64,000 bases of DNA from a virus, in IMG/VR virus record IMGVR_UViG_3300035696_000017, positions 50,054-114,053 of that record. One strand, given 5' to 3'. The position numbers were made by a program, and so were the translations under genes. A model generated the notes under the pieces. That model saw only the letters and a list, made by a program, of their open reading frames with translations. It was not told the origin of the DNA and did no database searches. This document shows, one piece after another, positions 45,866-55,593 of the stretch (position 1 is the stretch's first letter; each line of letters begins with the position of its first letter).

Positions 45866-46570
45866 TCACACCGGATCGTTCTCCTGCCTCGAGACCCAGA
45901 GGCGGACCTCCTGCTCGACCTTGGCTTCCTCGCGCTCGGCTTCGAGGCGCTTGGCACGTGCTACGGCCAGGCGGTCGATCAGCTCCTGCGGCATCGGGAT
46001 GGCTTCCTCGTAGGCATGGAGCTCGTGTTGGGGAGCGCCGAGGGGAGGCAGCGGGGTGGGGACGAGCTCGACGCGCAGGACCTCGTACTCGGCCCAGTCC
46101 TCCCGGACCCCGAAGCGGGGGTAATGCGTGCGGGCTTCCCGGTCGAGCCGGGCCTTGAGGTCGCGGCGGCGCTGCAGGTTCTTGGCGGTGCCAGAGGAGT
46201 GCCGCTTGCTGCCGGTCGGCCGCACCCAAGCGATGTCGTGGGTGGAGGCTGCCGTCATCGCCGCGTCGCGCTCCTCGTCGGAGCCAAAGCCGCCGACGGT
46301 GGGGCACGGGATGCAGTGGTTGCGCGGCCGCTGCAGCATGTGGAAGACGCGGACCCGGCGAGCGCAGTCGACCCCGAGCAGCACCCCCAGCAGCCGCTGG
46401 GCCATGGTGTCACAACCGGGGGCATCGCCGACAACGAAGCGGCAGCCCTCGCCCGCACGGCGGGCGATCAACGGGGCATAACGCTCGTCGAACTCGGCCT
46501 GCGTCAGGTCGAGATGACCGGAGACGAAGACGGTGTCGCCTGGAAGGAGGGAGGGCTCAGCTTGCAGCAT
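45866..46570 (-). CDS. SLOG/YspA-like Rossmann protein
   Basis: VFVSGH, FVVGDAPGCDTMAQ, RDAAMTAAS, SGTAKN. Confidence 0.65.
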   Translation of the reverse strand: MLQAEPSLLPGDTVFVSGHLDLTQAEFDERYAPLIARRAGEGCRFVVGDAPGCDTMAQRLLGVLLGVDCARRVRVFHMLQRPRNHCIPCPTVGGFGSDEERDAAMTAASTHDIAWVRPTGSKRHSSGTAKNLQRRRDLKARLDREARTHYPRFGVREDWAEYEVLRVELVPTPLPPLGAPQHELHAYEEAIPMPQELIDRLAVARAKRLEAEREEAKVEQEVRLWVSRQENDPV

Positions 46571-46763
46571 GTGACGGGGGTTCCTGGTGGGGGAGGCTGC
46601 CGCCCAGAGCGTAACGCTCCAGGGCCTCCACGGCGGCGGGGCCCAGGTGGGGACGCTCACGGAGCTCGTCGAAGTCCAGCGGGATGGCGCATCCCCGTGC
46701 CGTCATCTCGAGCTCGTAGAGGTCGCGCTTGGTGGCGAAGACAGTGCCCTGGGTGTGGTCCAT
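46557..46763 (-). CDS. hypothetical protein
   Basis: Class I promoter upstream. Confidence 0.6.
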   Translation of the reverse strand: MDHTQGTVFATKRDLYELEMTARGCAIPLDFDELRERPHLGPAAVEALERYALGGSLPHQEPPSHAAS

Positions 46764-46807
46764 GGAGACCATCCTACCACCGCCGCTGCGGGAGTTGCAC
46801 CGCTCTC

Positions 46808-47380
46808 TCAGTCTTCGGGGGTGGGACCGGGTTCACCAGGGACTGCGTCACGGACCTGCTGCGCCCGGTACTCGAGGGCGCCGCGGAGGATCTCCTCGGA
46901 GCAGACGACGGCGATGACGTCGGTGACGAACCACTGGACCTCGCGGATGCGCATGCCGCGGGCCTGGGCGAACTCGACGATGCCGTAGCCCACCTGCTCA
47001 GCGAGCGGGGCCAGCTCGGCCTGGATGGCGGGGTCCAGCACCTCGCAGTCGTTGTAGCGAGTGGGCCTGGTGGTGGGGACCGGGTCGGGCCCGCCGTGGT
47101 GGACCGGGCAGCCCGGGTCGGCGCACTCTTGGCCGTCTTCACCTGGGAGGCCGGGCCCCTCGCCCAGCAGGGCCAGGAGGTCGTCAGCGGTCATCGGGGT
47201 GGCACCGGCCGGCGTCACCAGCACCCCGGGCTCGCTCCTCGGTGTGGCGCGTTTCTTGGCGGTTCCCTTGGCGGTTCCCTTGGCGGTTCCCTTGGCGGTT
47301 CCCTTGGCCGGCGTCGTGCGACGCCCCGGACGCTTCGCGGTCGACTTCACGCTCTTCTTCGCAGGCTTCTTCGAGGGCAT
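46808..47380 (-). CDS. protein with histone-like Lys/Ala-rich N-terminus
   Basis: AAGGAG SD; MPSKKPAKK...(AKGT)x4; C..P.CPVH. Confidence 0.6.
   Translation of the reverse strand: MPSKKPAKKSVKSTAKRPGRRTTPAKGTAKGTAKGTAKGTAKKRATPRSEPGVLVTPAGATPMTADDLLALLGEGPGLPGEDGQECADPGCPVHHGGPDPVPTTRPTRYNDCEVLDPAIQAELAPLAEQVGYGIVEFAQARGMRIREVQWFVTDVIAVVCSEEILRGALEYRAQQVRDAVPGEPGPTPED
47255..47308. repeat. 12-bp tandem repeat (CTTGGCGGTTCC x4.5)
   Basis: Seen directly; encodes AKGT repeats. Confidence 0.95.
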
Positions 47381-47725
47381 CGGCAGCTCCTTGGTGGTGC
47401 CCCAACCGTACACCGTGCGTCGCTGCAAGGACAAGGGGCGCCACGTCCCGAGAGGGGGACCGATTTCGACTCGTGATTTGCGCGTGATTTGTGCGAACGA
47501 TCTAAGCGGAGCCACCCCCTGGAAGGTCCTGCAAAGGTTGCCAGGGGGCCGGGGGGCCATGGGGCCCGCTAGGGGGCCTTCGAGGGGCCCCGATGGGGCC
47601 CCCTGTGGGCGGTCGATGGGGCCAGGCCCCCGGCGGGGCCCGTTACTCGCCGTCGAAGCAGATGATCCCGACGCTGCCCAGGCCCGAGCCGTCGAGCTCC
47701 CGCCCCGTCGCTGCGTCGTGCTGCA

Positions 47726-47938
47726 TCACTCCACCCCCAGCGCCAGCAGCTCGTCGCAGGCCTCGTGGTAGCGCTTGCTGAAGACAGGCACCGTGTCGAG
47801 CACCTCCTGCAGCTGCTCCTCGGTGCGGAGCTGGCGGGCGCCGTGGCGACGGCTCATCTTGGCAGCCTGACGCTTCGCCCCCTTCTTGTACCCGTCGTCC
47901 TTGCGCAGCTGCTGGGCCTTGCTCTTCTCGTACTTCAT
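47726..47938 (-). CDS. basic hypothetical protein
   Basis: Class I linker upstream. Confidence 0.65.
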   Translation of the reverse strand: MKYEKSKAQQLRKDDGYKKGAKRQAAKMSRRHGARQLRTEEQLQEVLDTVPVFSKRYHEACDELLALGVE

Positions 47939-48089
47939 GGTTCTAGTCTACCCCTTTCGCTGCTGGGTTTCACAGAAGAACAACGTGAGGGTGGGTGTCG
48001 CCAGGCGTCGTTTCACCACCACCCGGCTGCTCTCCGCTCTCTCTCGCGGCATACCTGGCACCGGGGCAGGCGCTCTCACGTAAGCTGGG

Positions 48090-48284
48090 TCAGTTGTCGC
48101 CGTAGTAGAAGGCGTTGAGGGCCCGACGGACCTCGGCGACGAGCTCCTCCTCGTAGAGCTTCTGTGCTGCCTTGCTGTCGAAGCGCTGCTCCATCCGGAG
48201 CTCGGCGATGCGGGCACCGCCCTTCTTGTGGCTCTTGCCGTGCCAGCTCGTCGCCTCGGGGTTGTGTCGGGTGTGGTTGGCCAT
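48090..48284 (-). CDS. hypothetical protein
   Basis: Class I linker upstream (48291-48320). Confidence 0.65.
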   Translation of the reverse strand: MANHTRHNPEATSWHGKSHKKGGARIAELRMEQRFDSKAAQKLYEEELVAEVRRALNAFYYGDN

Positions 48285-48316
48285 GAGTAGACTCTACCTC
48301 GATCTGCGCTGGTCTT

Positions 48317-48517
48317 TCACCTCAACGGGGTCGACGACGCCGGGTAGCCGCCGGTGATGGAGCGGTAGCACTCGCCGCTGTCGCAGCAGTAGTGCTGCTC
48401 GGTGAAGCCCACCTGGGTCTCGACCCGAGACGTCGCCTTGCGCATGCACTTGAAAACGCCGAAGCTCCCCTTGCGGAACTGCCGGCGCTTGCCCTCACAG
48501 CGTTGGGTGGTGACCAT
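48317..48517 (-). CDS. Cys-rich small protein
   Basis: Bounded by linkers on both sides. Confidence 0.65.
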   Translation of the reverse strand: MVTTQRCEGKRRQFRKGSFGVFKCMRKATSRVETQVGFTEQHYCCDSGECYRSITGGYPASSTPLR

Positions 48518-48649
48518 GGTGCTACTCTACCTCTTCTCGCTGGCGACTTGCACCGAGCGCTGGATGTATGCGGCTACCGCGAGCCAGCCGAAGACCTCGA
48601 TGACGGCGATCAGCATGTGGTAGACTCTACCAGGATCTGTGCTGATCTT

Positions 48650-48991
48650 TCACTGGTCCGGGTCAGCCCAGTGGACGTCTGACGCCGACGGCTTCTTCGC
48701 CCGTCGCTTGCTGCTCATCGAGCTCCGCGCGTCCTCGACGTTCTCTGCGGCGCGCTCGAGCAGGTCCTGCAGGCCGCGGTTGTCCTCTGCTGCTTTCGCC
48801 ATCCGTCGCAGCTGCTGGCCCATCGAGCGCAGGCGTGAGGACAGGCTCGTCGTCTTGGGGTCGGGCTTCTGGTTTGCCTCGAGCTGCTCCACGTACTTGA
48901 CGAGGGCGTGCTCCATCCCGTGCTCGTCGGACATCCAGTGCTTCGGGACGTCCTCGTGGTAGTCTCCCTGCTTCTTCACCCGCTCGAGCAT
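48650..48991 (-). CDS. hypothetical protein
   Basis: Stop within linker -35. Confidence 0.55.
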   Translation of the reverse strand: MLERVKKQGDYHEDVPKHWMSDEHGMEHALVKYVEQLEANQKPDPKTTSLSSRLRSMGQQLRRMAKAAEDNRGLQDLLERAAENVEDARSSMSSKRRAKKPSASDVHWADPDQ

Positions 48992-49140
48992 CTTCGCAGC
49001 GAGCGGCGGGCGTGTTGTCGCGGTCAAAGCAACCTCCACACGTGGACGGCGCCGGCGATGATGCCGACCCAACTGGCGACGCAGAAGGCGAGGAGACCGA
49101 GGTAGACGGCGATGGTCTTGGCAGCTTCCATGAGTCCAAT

Positions 49141-49410
49141 CTACCTCTTTTCGTCTGCGAGTTGCACAGGCTTCCACTCGAAAGCCTTCCTGTCGTAGGC
49201 AAAGAGTCCCGGCGGCGTACGCCTGACGAGCACAACCTCGCGCGGACCTACCTGCAGCAGCTTGAAGCCCACCGGCAGCTCGAACGCGGGGACGTCGTCG
49301 AGCGTCTTCACGTTGTCGGGCAACGGGAACAACCCGATGAGGTTGACGTAGGCGTTCGGGTCCAGCAGCAGGAGCTGCGCAGGCGTCACTGGGATGGGAC
49401 CGTCGGGCAT
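49141..49410 (-). CDS. hypothetical protein
   Basis: Class I linker upstream. Confidence 0.6.
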   Translation of the reverse strand: MPDGPIPVTPAQLLLLDPNAYVNLIGLFPLPDNVKTLDDVPAFELPVGFKLLQVGPREVVLVRRTPPGLFAYDRKAFEWKPVQLADEKR

Positions 49411-49442
49411 GTGGAAGACTCTATCCCTTTCTCTTAAAGAGT

Positions 49443-49472
49443 TTCACCCCGGATCTTTCGACCCAGGGTGAA
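49443..49472 (-). terminator. hairpin after the histone-like gene, overlapping the next -35 box
   Basis: TTCACCC...GGGTGAA inverted repeat. Confidence 0.45.
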
Positions 49473-49513
49473 GCCTGCGCATGATCTGTGGTAGATCTGA
49501 GCTGGTGAGGTGC

Positions 49514-50200
49514 TCAGCCTGCAGCCGCCGCCTTCGCAGCCGCCGCCGAGACGATCTCGACGTCGCTGGTGAAGAGGTAGACCGGCTTCTTGGCGCCCTC
49601 GACCTCGACGTAGCAGCGGATGCGCTGCGCCTTGGAGACGGTGCCCGTCTGGCCGATGTAGCGGGGGTCGCCGCCGACGATGGTGACCTTCATGCCCGCC
49701 TCGATGGTCTGGCTCAGCGCACGCTCGGTCGCCCGGACGCGGTTGAAGTGCTGCAGCTGCAGCGCCAGGATGGAGACCTGAGCCGCCGGCAGGTTCGCCG
49801 TCGCCTCGTTGAAGATGAGCTGAGCAGCCTCGGTCATCGTGCCGAGACGCTCGCCCGCCTTCGCGACCTTCCGCATGTGGGCAGGCTGGCGTGCAGCTTC
49901 ACGCTCCGCCTTCTTCGTCGCCCGCGCAGCCTCGCGAGCCGCCTTCTTCTCGGCGCGCTCCTGGGCCTTCGCCGCTTCCCGAGCAGCCTTCTGCTCGTCG
50001 GTGAGGCGCGGGCGCTTGGGAGCGGAGGGCTCCTTCGCGGCCTTGGGAGGCTTCGCGGGCTTCTCGCCAGTCGTCTCGGCAGTCGCCGTTGCAGCGGTGC
50101 CGCTCTTCGAGGCCTTGCGGTTCTTCGCAGCGGCCAGCGCCTTGTCGAGCTGCGTGACCTTCTCGTCGGTCAGCGTGCCCGTCGTTTCCTTGGTTGCCAT
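49514..50200 (-). CDS. histone-like Lys/Ala-rich protein with C-terminal KOW/SH3 domain
   Basis: AGGAG SD; KA-rich; GMKVTIVGG...GQTGTV. Confidence 0.7.
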   Translation of the reverse strand: MATKETTGTLTDEKVTQLDKALAAAKNRKASKSGTAATATAETTGEKPAKPPKAAKEPSAPKRPRLTDEQKAAREAAKAQERAEKKAAREAARATKKAEREAARQPAHMRKVAKAGERLGTMTEAAQLIFNEATANLPAAQVSILALQLQHFNRVRATERALSQTIEAGMKVTIVGGDPRYIGQTGTVSKAQRIRCYVEVEGAKKPVYLFTSDVEIVSAAAAKAAAAG

Positions 50201-50278
50201 GGTCGGGTTTCTCCTGTGTTCCTTGTTCGTGGGTGTTGTTACCCTGTCGAGTTCCACTCTATCGCTTGCCAGGGGGAA

Positions 50279-50896
50279 TTACACCGCCTGAGCAACATTC
50301 GTGTCTGCCGGCTTTTCCTCGCGAATCGCCGGGACCCGCATCGCGTCCTGGATGCTCTTGAGGTCGGCCTTGAGCTGGTCGACGCTGTACTCCGCCTCGT
50401 AGTAGGCTCGCGCGAGCTCCTCGTCGACGTTCTCGAGGTACTTGCCCACGAAGTCGTGCTCCCAGATGCCCGCGGCCTTGCAAGCCCGGAACTGGTAGAG
50501 CTTCTCGGGCATGTACTCTGCGTGCCTGCACGTCTGCGTGTCGAGGGGCCGACCCAGCTTCTGCTGGGCAAGCGCCATGCGACAGTGCTGCAGCATGCGG
50601 CTGCGGAGGATGTAGCGGTCGTCGCCCTCGCGCCCGTCTTCCTTGTCCCACTTGACGTTGGCTAGGTTGACGATGTTGTAGGTCGTCCGCTTGGGGTGCG
50701 ACCAGTTGTTGTGCCCGAGCACCACGCCCGGCTTGACGCCGACCTCGGTCTTGACGTGGCACCAGAACTTGTAGTGGTCGTGGGGGACCGAGTTCTCCCA
50801 GGTCCCGTCGCTGATCTGCCCGCTGACCTCGCTGTGCCAGAGGCAGACCGCCGTCAGGGTCGGGAGGACGAGCTTGTTGCTTGCTTTGGCTTCCAT
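50279..50896 (-). CDS. hypothetical protein (GQISDG.WEN motif)
   Basis: Linker upstream; stop TAA within GTGTAA. Confidence 0.7.
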   Translation of the reverse strand: MEAKASNKLVLPTLTAVCLWHSEVSGQISDGTWENSVPHDHYKFWCHVKTEVGVKPGVVLGHNNWSHPKRTTYNIVNLANVKWDKEDGREGDDRYILRSRMLQHCRMALAQQKLGRPLDTQTCRHAEYMPEKLYQFRACKAAGIWEHDFVGKYLENVDEELARAYYEAEYSVDQLKADLKSIQDAMRVPAIREEKPADTNVAQAV

Positions 50897-51103
50897 GGTT
50901 CCATCCTACCCCAGTTCGGCTGGGACTTTCACAGTAGTCCGGCTTCTCGGAGCTCCCGCTCCGCATCGTTGCTCGCTGAGCAGGCAACCCTCAGGGCCTG
51001 CTCGAGGTCCCTCGACAGCTCCTCGAGCCGCTTTGCGGACTCGTAGTGGTGGAACTGCCTCAGCTCCTTGATGAGCTCCTCGTCGGTCTTCCTGCGGGCC
51101 ATG

Positions 51104-51364
51104 TCAGCGCTCCCACAGGTGTTCGGAGGCCATGAAGCCCTCCGCGAAAGCTTTGACCTCGAGCGAGGCTCGACGGAGGTCCTCGCTCTCGACGGTGTAG
51201 ACCCCGAGCGCGTGCTCAGCTGCCTTGACGAAGAACTTGAAGCCCGGGTACTTCTTCGCCAGCGCGTCGCAGCAGCGCTTGGCGTCGTGCTTGACCTCCT
51301 CGTCGATGTTCTGAGCGTACTGGGCTCGGGGGTTGACGGGCTTGCCGACGGTGATGAGGATCAC
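51104..51364 (-). CDS. hypothetical protein
   Basis: GTGA overlap. Confidence 0.55.
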   Translation of the reverse strand: MILITVGKPVNPRAQYAQNIDEEVKHDAKRCCDALAKKYPGFKFFVKAAEHALGVYTVESEDLRRASLEVKAFAEGFMASEHLWER

Positions 51365-51762
51365 AGGTCCCACCCTTTCTCGATGCCGCGGGAGGTGCGA
51401 GCCTGCTTGCGGAGGTACACGGTGTAGACCCGCGTGGGTCGCACCGTCGCCGTCACGTACTGCAGGTCGTCCGCCACGTTCCAGCAGACCGTCGCACGGT
51501 CGACACGGTCGATGTCGGGCTCGAACGGGTCCGTCGCTGCGGCGGCCTGCACCTGCCGCAGGATGCGGAGCACCTGCTTGTCGTTGACCTGGTCGTCGTC
51601 GTAGGCGTAGCCGTGGCTCGCCGTGACCTCGTCCTTCGAGGCGACGGTGCAGTAGTACTTGCCGTTGCAGCCGCAGGCGCAGCCGGGCTTGCCGCTGTAG
51701 GCGTTCTCGATGTCCGCGACGGTGAGGGACTGGACGATCTCGTTGGCTTTGGCTTGGTCCAT
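51361..51762 (-). CDS. hypothetical protein (YSGK.GCACGC.G.Y motif)
   Basis: Linker upstream. Confidence 0.7.
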   Translation of the reverse strand: MDQAKANEIVQSLTVADIENAYSGKPGCACGCNGKYYCTVASKDEVTASHGYAYDDDQVNDKQVLRILRQVQAAAATDPFEPDIDRVDRATVCWNVADDLQYVTATVRPTRVYTVYLRKQARTSRGIEKGWDL

Positions 51763-51794
51763 GGTCTTATCCTACCCCAAGTCGCTGACGACTT

Positions 51795-51995
51795 TCACCG
51801 AGCGGGCACGTAGTCCCACTTTGAGTAGTTGAAGTCGAACTGCAGGTTGTACGGAAGGGCGGCCCAGAAGCCCTTGAGGGTCTGGACGTTGCAGTAGGTG
51901 TCGACGTGCTTGCAGAGGTCCACGGCGTCCTTGACGCGGGACAGCTGCTCGGGGGTGTAGTCCTGCGGGGGCGCTCCGTCGGTTGTTCCAGGCAT
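51795..51995 (-). CDS. hypothetical protein
   Basis: Bounded by linkers. Confidence 0.65.
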   Translation of the reverse strand: MPGTTDGAPPQDYTPEQLSRVKDAVDLCKHVDTYCNVQTLKGFWAALPYNLQFDFNYSKWDYVPAR

Positions 51996-52027
51996 GAGCC
52001 AATCCTACCAGGCTTCCCGGTGGACTT

Positions 52028-52366
52028 TCACAGCGACCGGAACAGGACCTCGCACTTCAGCTTCTCGCTCCACCCCGCCCTCAGGCCCTTCGGCCGGCGG
52101 TGATAGCCTACCCACTGTGGACGACACGAAGTGACGACGAGGGCCAACGTGAGGGTCTTGAGGGTCCCGTCGGGCTTGTGGGGCCAGGACTTGTAGGGCC
52201 CGTACAGGATGGGCTCGCCCCCGTCGTCGTGCCAGCGACCCGCAGCTGCATCGCGGGCTCGAAGCTCGGCGATGTCAGCGGCGGTCCGCAGGACCCAGAT
52301 GTCGTGCTTGCGGGCGTTGAGGAAGACGCGGTCACCACGGCGGACGGTGCAGCTGAGGGGTTCCAT
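52028..52366 (-). CDS. hypothetical protein
   Basis: Bounded by linkers. Confidence 0.65.
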   Translation of the reverse strand: MEPLSCTVRRGDRVFLNARKHDIWVLRTAADIAELRARDAAAGRWHDDGGEPILYGPYKSWPHKPDGTLKTLTLALVVTSCRPQWVGYHRRPKGLRAGWSEKLKCEVLFRSL

Positions 52367-52469
52367 GGTGACCAGTCTACTCCTTTTCCTAGCCAACTTT
52401 CACCGTTCCTTGTTGCCGGCCGTCAGCTGCTTGCGGAGGGCCTCCGGGGTGGTGGGTGACTAGACGATA

Positions 52470-52661
52470 CTACCACCTCTCTTCCACGGCGACTTGCACC
52501 GGGGGAGAGATGACGTTGACGTGGGCGTAGAAGTTGGGCCCTCGCGGGCGACCCGCGCGCGTGCGCGGTGGCGAGTTCGTTCGAGCCTGTGCCCACCGCA
52601 TGAACTCGATGTAGCACGTCCAGCAGCGGAAGGGCTCGTTGCAGTAGTGATGGAACGTCAT
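52470..52661 (-). CDS. hypothetical protein
   Basis: AGGAG SD, ATGA overlap. Confidence 0.5.
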   Translation of the reverse strand: MTFHHYCNEPFRCWTCYIEFMRWAQARTNSPPRTRAGRPRGPNFYAHVNVISPPVQVAVEERW

Positions 52662-52861
52662 GGTTGTCTCCTCGTCACCGTGTAGCCCGCGTGCTCCATC
52701 ATCCTGATGATGACCTCCATCGGGACGTACGCCGTCGTGTGCTCCCGCAAGTAGCCGCTCCCCTGCTCGACGTCGACCTGCACGGTCTCGTTGTCAACGC
52801 ACACCTCAACCCCGCCCTCTCGAGCGAAGTTCATGAACTCTGACTGCTCGAACGTCCACAT
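52658..52861 (-). CDS. hypothetical protein
   Basis: GAGGAG SD. Confidence 0.6.
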   Translation of the reverse strand: MWTFEQSEFMNFAREGGVEVCVDNETVQVDVEQGSGYLREHTTAYVPMEVIIRMMEHAGYTVTRRQP

Positions 52862-52873
52862 GATGCGCTCCTC

Positions 52874-53080
52874 TCAGACGTTGTGACAACGTCGGTACTG
52901 CGACAGGAACTGGGCGACAGACAGCCTCTGGGGCGACGAGCCGGGCTCGAAGCTGACGAAGCTGACGTGGCTGCAGCTGACCTGTCGGACGAGCTGGGGG
53001 ATGCCCCCGCCTCGAGCGACCCAAGAAGACCCGGGGAGCAGCTGGCGGAAGCGGCGGTGAGAGATTCCGTTGTTGTTCAT
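52874..53080 (-). CDS. hypothetical protein
   Basis: Linker upstream. Confidence 0.55.
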   Translation of the reverse strand: MNNNGISHRRFRQLLPGSSWVARGGGIPQLVRQVSCSHVSFVSFEPGSSPQRLSVAQFLSQYRRCHNV

Positions 53081-53154
53081 GAGTCCAATCTAACACGAAA
53101 TCCCCGGGACCTTCACAGATCCCAGGGAGAACGTGACGGTTGTTGCGGTTGTTG

Positions 53155-53622
53155 TCAGCCCAGGTCAGCTTCCTTCATCTGGTCCTTCCAGGCGTCCCAG
53201 TCAAAGCCGGAGGTGTCCCCCTCCGCCATGATGCGAGCGACGCTGGCCCAGCTGCCCACCGGGGGCTCACTGACCTCACGGTTGTAGCCCGAGGTAGTTG
53301 CTACTGTTGCCGCGGCCGGGCGCTTCTGCGTCTCCTTGGCGTTGGCAATCTCGCACAGTTGTCGATGGTAGTGCTTCGCAATCCGACGGGCGTTGCCCAG
53401 GTGGTGTCCCGTCAGCTTGCGGCCACTGAGCACCCACCGAGCGTAGTACGAGCCCTTCGAGGCGTGTGCCGCGGTGAAGCCCACGGTGTTGTCGTGCTTC
53501 GTGTCCGACGTTGCCTTCTCGTCGCGGGTCTGGCGATCGTAGATGGCGACGATGGCGCGCTCGACGGCGCGGTCGTTGTTGTCCAGCAGGTTCTGAATCT
53601 TGTCTTTGGTCCAGGTTGCCAT
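53155..53622 (-). CDS. conserved phage hypothetical protein
   Basis: Linker upstream; AVERAIVAIYDRQT.DE...N.VGF...Y.RQL. Confidence 0.7.
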   Translation of the reverse strand: MATWTKDKIQNLLDNNDRAVERAIVAIYDRQTRDEKATSDTKHDNTVGFTAAHASKGSYYARWVLSGRKLTGHHLGNARRIAKHYHRQLCEIANAKETQKRPAAATVATTSGYNREVSEPPVGSWASVARIMAEGDTSGFDWDAWKDQMKEADLG

Positions 53623-53719
53623 GAGTCCAATCTAACACGATTACCCCGGACCTTGCACAGATCCAGGGTGGGTGATGGAGCGAGGCGGATGTAAAATCCG
53701 CCCCGTTTGGGTGAAAGTG

Positions 53720-53896
53720 CTAGAAGAAGTTGCGGGCGTTCCGGATGGCCCGGACCGGCCAAGAGAAGCCCCGACGCAGGTGGGGGGCGATGAGGCCGAA
53801 GGAGATGAGGACGTATACGGTGAACTCCAGCGCAAGCCAGGCGGCGATGATGGTGACGATGGGGTGAGAGGTGGCGAGGGTGGTGATGTTTTCCAT
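53720..53896 (-). CDS. small membrane protein
   Basis: Linker upstream; TM helix. Confidence 0.6.
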   Translation of the reverse strand: MENITTLATSHPIVTIIAAWLALEFTVYVLISFGLIAPHLRRGFSWPVRAIRNARNFF

Positions 53897-53936
53897 GGTC
53901 CCAGTATACCCCAATCACCCCTGATCTTTCACCGTT

Positions 53937-54116
53937 TCAGTTCATGTCCTGGGGACGGGACGCCTTGTTGCCGAAGGTGCGGTCCCAGCCGGTGTCGTAT
54001 GCGCGGCTGGGTCCCCTGGAGCGGCTGCCACCGGACGTCTGGGCGTCCTGGGTGCTGGTGTCCTTGTTGTCGACCCGCTCGATGACGACGATGGCGACGA
54101 GGATGTCTTCCTTCAT
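53937..54116 (-). CDS. hypothetical protein (Y..GWDR.FG motif)
   Basis: Linker upstream. Confidence 0.6.
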   Translation of the reverse strand: MKEDILVAIVVIERVDNKDTSTQDAQTSGGSRSRGPSRAYDTGWDRTFGNKASRPQDMN

Positions 54117-54153
54117 GGTGTCCACTCTACCTCGAGTTGGTGATGCGTTGCAC

Positions 54154-54603
54154 TCAGTCGCTGGAGTCGACCCGACTCTCGCAGCGGTAGGTGTAGAACG
54201 CCTGCTCGTGGGGAGCGTAGGGCTTGCCGCTGTAGGGGTTGATTGCCTCCCCCTCGATGACCTTCCGGGTCACCCGGTCGACCATGATGCAGGGAACCAT
54301 CTCCTTGCCGGACGGAGCGACGTCGCGCTCCTGAGGGCCCTCCTTGCCCCAGGCTGCGAACTTGGCAGGCACGTGGACCCGCTCCTCGCCGATGACCTGG
54401 TGGCACATGAACTCCTGGCCGTAGCCGAGGAAGCCGCACTCGCGGAGGCGGTACAGGTCCTCCATGTCGAGGGGACGCAGCGAGGTGACCTCGAAGTACG
54501 AGGCGTTGTAGCAATTGCCCAGGCTGGCGCCGCCGGCGTTCTGCACGGTGAGCGAGGGGCGCGGGTTGCGGTAGACGAAGTCGGTGTTGTCGTGTGTTCT
54601 CAT
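54154..54603 (-). CDS. hypothetical protein (ends DSSD)
   Basis: Linker upstream. Confidence 0.7.
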   Translation of the reverse strand: MRTHDNTDFVYRNPRPSLTVQNAGGASLGNCYNASYFEVTSLRPLDMEDLYRLRECGFLGYGQEFMCHQVIGEERVHVPAKFAAWGKEGPQERDVAPSGKEMVPCIMVDRVTRKVIEGEAINPYSGKPYAPHEQAFYTYRCESRVDSSD

Positions 54604-54644
54604 GAGTCCAATCTACCAGGATCCGCGCCTGGCTTTCACTGCGA

Positions 54645-54902
54645 TCAGAACTGGTTGAGCGGCAGGCGCAGCGCCTTGTCGTCGACCTGGGTGAAGTCGT
54701 ACCCCTGAGCGTTCAGCACGTCCCTGACCCGCTCGGTGATGGTGATCGCCGCGTCCGTCTCACAGGAGCGGAAGCGGATGAACACCGTGTCGTCCCTCTT
54801 GACGTCCGACACCTCCCAGGGACGCTGTCCCAGCGGGAGACCGGACGCCGCCTCGACGAGGCGCTTCAGCGTGTTGACCTTGGCCTTGCTGTTGTGAACC
54901 AT
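54645..54902 (-). CDS. hypothetical protein
   Basis: Linker upstream. Confidence 0.65.
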   Translation of the reverse strand: MVHNSKAKVNTLKRLVEAASGLPLGQRPWEVSDVKRDDTVFIRFRSCETDAAITITERVRDVLNAQGYDFTQVDDKALRLPLNQF

Positions 54903-54952
54903 GCCCCCAATCTACCACGATCAGGGTCATGCTTGCACCGCAACCGCGCCGC

Positions 54953-55198
54953 TCAGCCCTTGCTGTTGCAGGGGACGCGGACCTTGCCCCACGTCTCCGA
55001 GACGCCCTTGGCGCCGCGCTTCCGCTGCGTGACGGTGATGGTGCCGTCGCCGTTGCCCACGATGCGGACCAGGAGCTCCGCGCTCGGGACGATCTTGCTC
55101 TCTTCCTTCGTGCCGAAGGTCTCGCCGGCGAAGAGGGTGTGGGTGACGCCGTTGCGGCAGTAGACCCGGCGGGGGCTGTTGGTGCTCTTCATGCTCAT
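54953..55198 (-). CDS. hypothetical protein
   Basis: Leadered linker variant plus GGAG SD. Confidence 0.6.
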   Translation of the reverse strand: MSMKSTNSPRRVYCRNGVTHTLFAGETFGTKEESKIVPSAELLVRIVGNGDGTITVTQRKRGAKGVSETWGKVRVPCNSKG

Positions 55199-55273
55199 GA
55201 TGTTCTCTCCGTGTCGGTTGGTTGTTGCGGTGACTTGTCTAGAGTAACACTGATCCGCGCAGCCTTGCACAGT

Positions 55274-55561
55274 TCAGTCGTTGTAGATGTTGATCCGGAT
55301 GCCGTCTTCGGACCGGAAGTACCAGGAGGTGATCTCGCCCTCGCCGTCCTTCTCCTCGCTTTCGAGCGTGAAGAGCTTGAGCTCGTTCTTGCCCTGGACC
55401 ATGAAGCCAACGTCGGCGCTGTCCGGCCAGACGCGAGCGTAGAAGAAGCTGAAGCCGTGAGCCGGTCGGAGGTCGCTGGCCTCGCAGACGCCGAGGCGAC
55501 CGCGCCAGCCGAACTGGTTGCCCTTGAAGCAGGGAATCTCGAGGGTTCGTTTCGTCATCAT
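55274..55561 (-). CDS. hypothetical protein
   Basis: Linker upstream. Confidence 0.7.
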   Translation of the reverse strand: MMTKRTLEIPCFKGNQFGWRGRLGVCEASDLRPAHGFSFFYARVWPDSADVGFMVQGKNELKLFTLESEEKDGEGEITSWYFRSEDGIRINIYND

Positions 55562-55593
55562 GAGACCATCCTACCAGGATCTGCGTTGTTCTT

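Noticed and set aside
47255-47308. Replication iterons
   Set aside because: The 12-bp repeat is in frame within a Lys/Ala-rich CDS (AKGT units)
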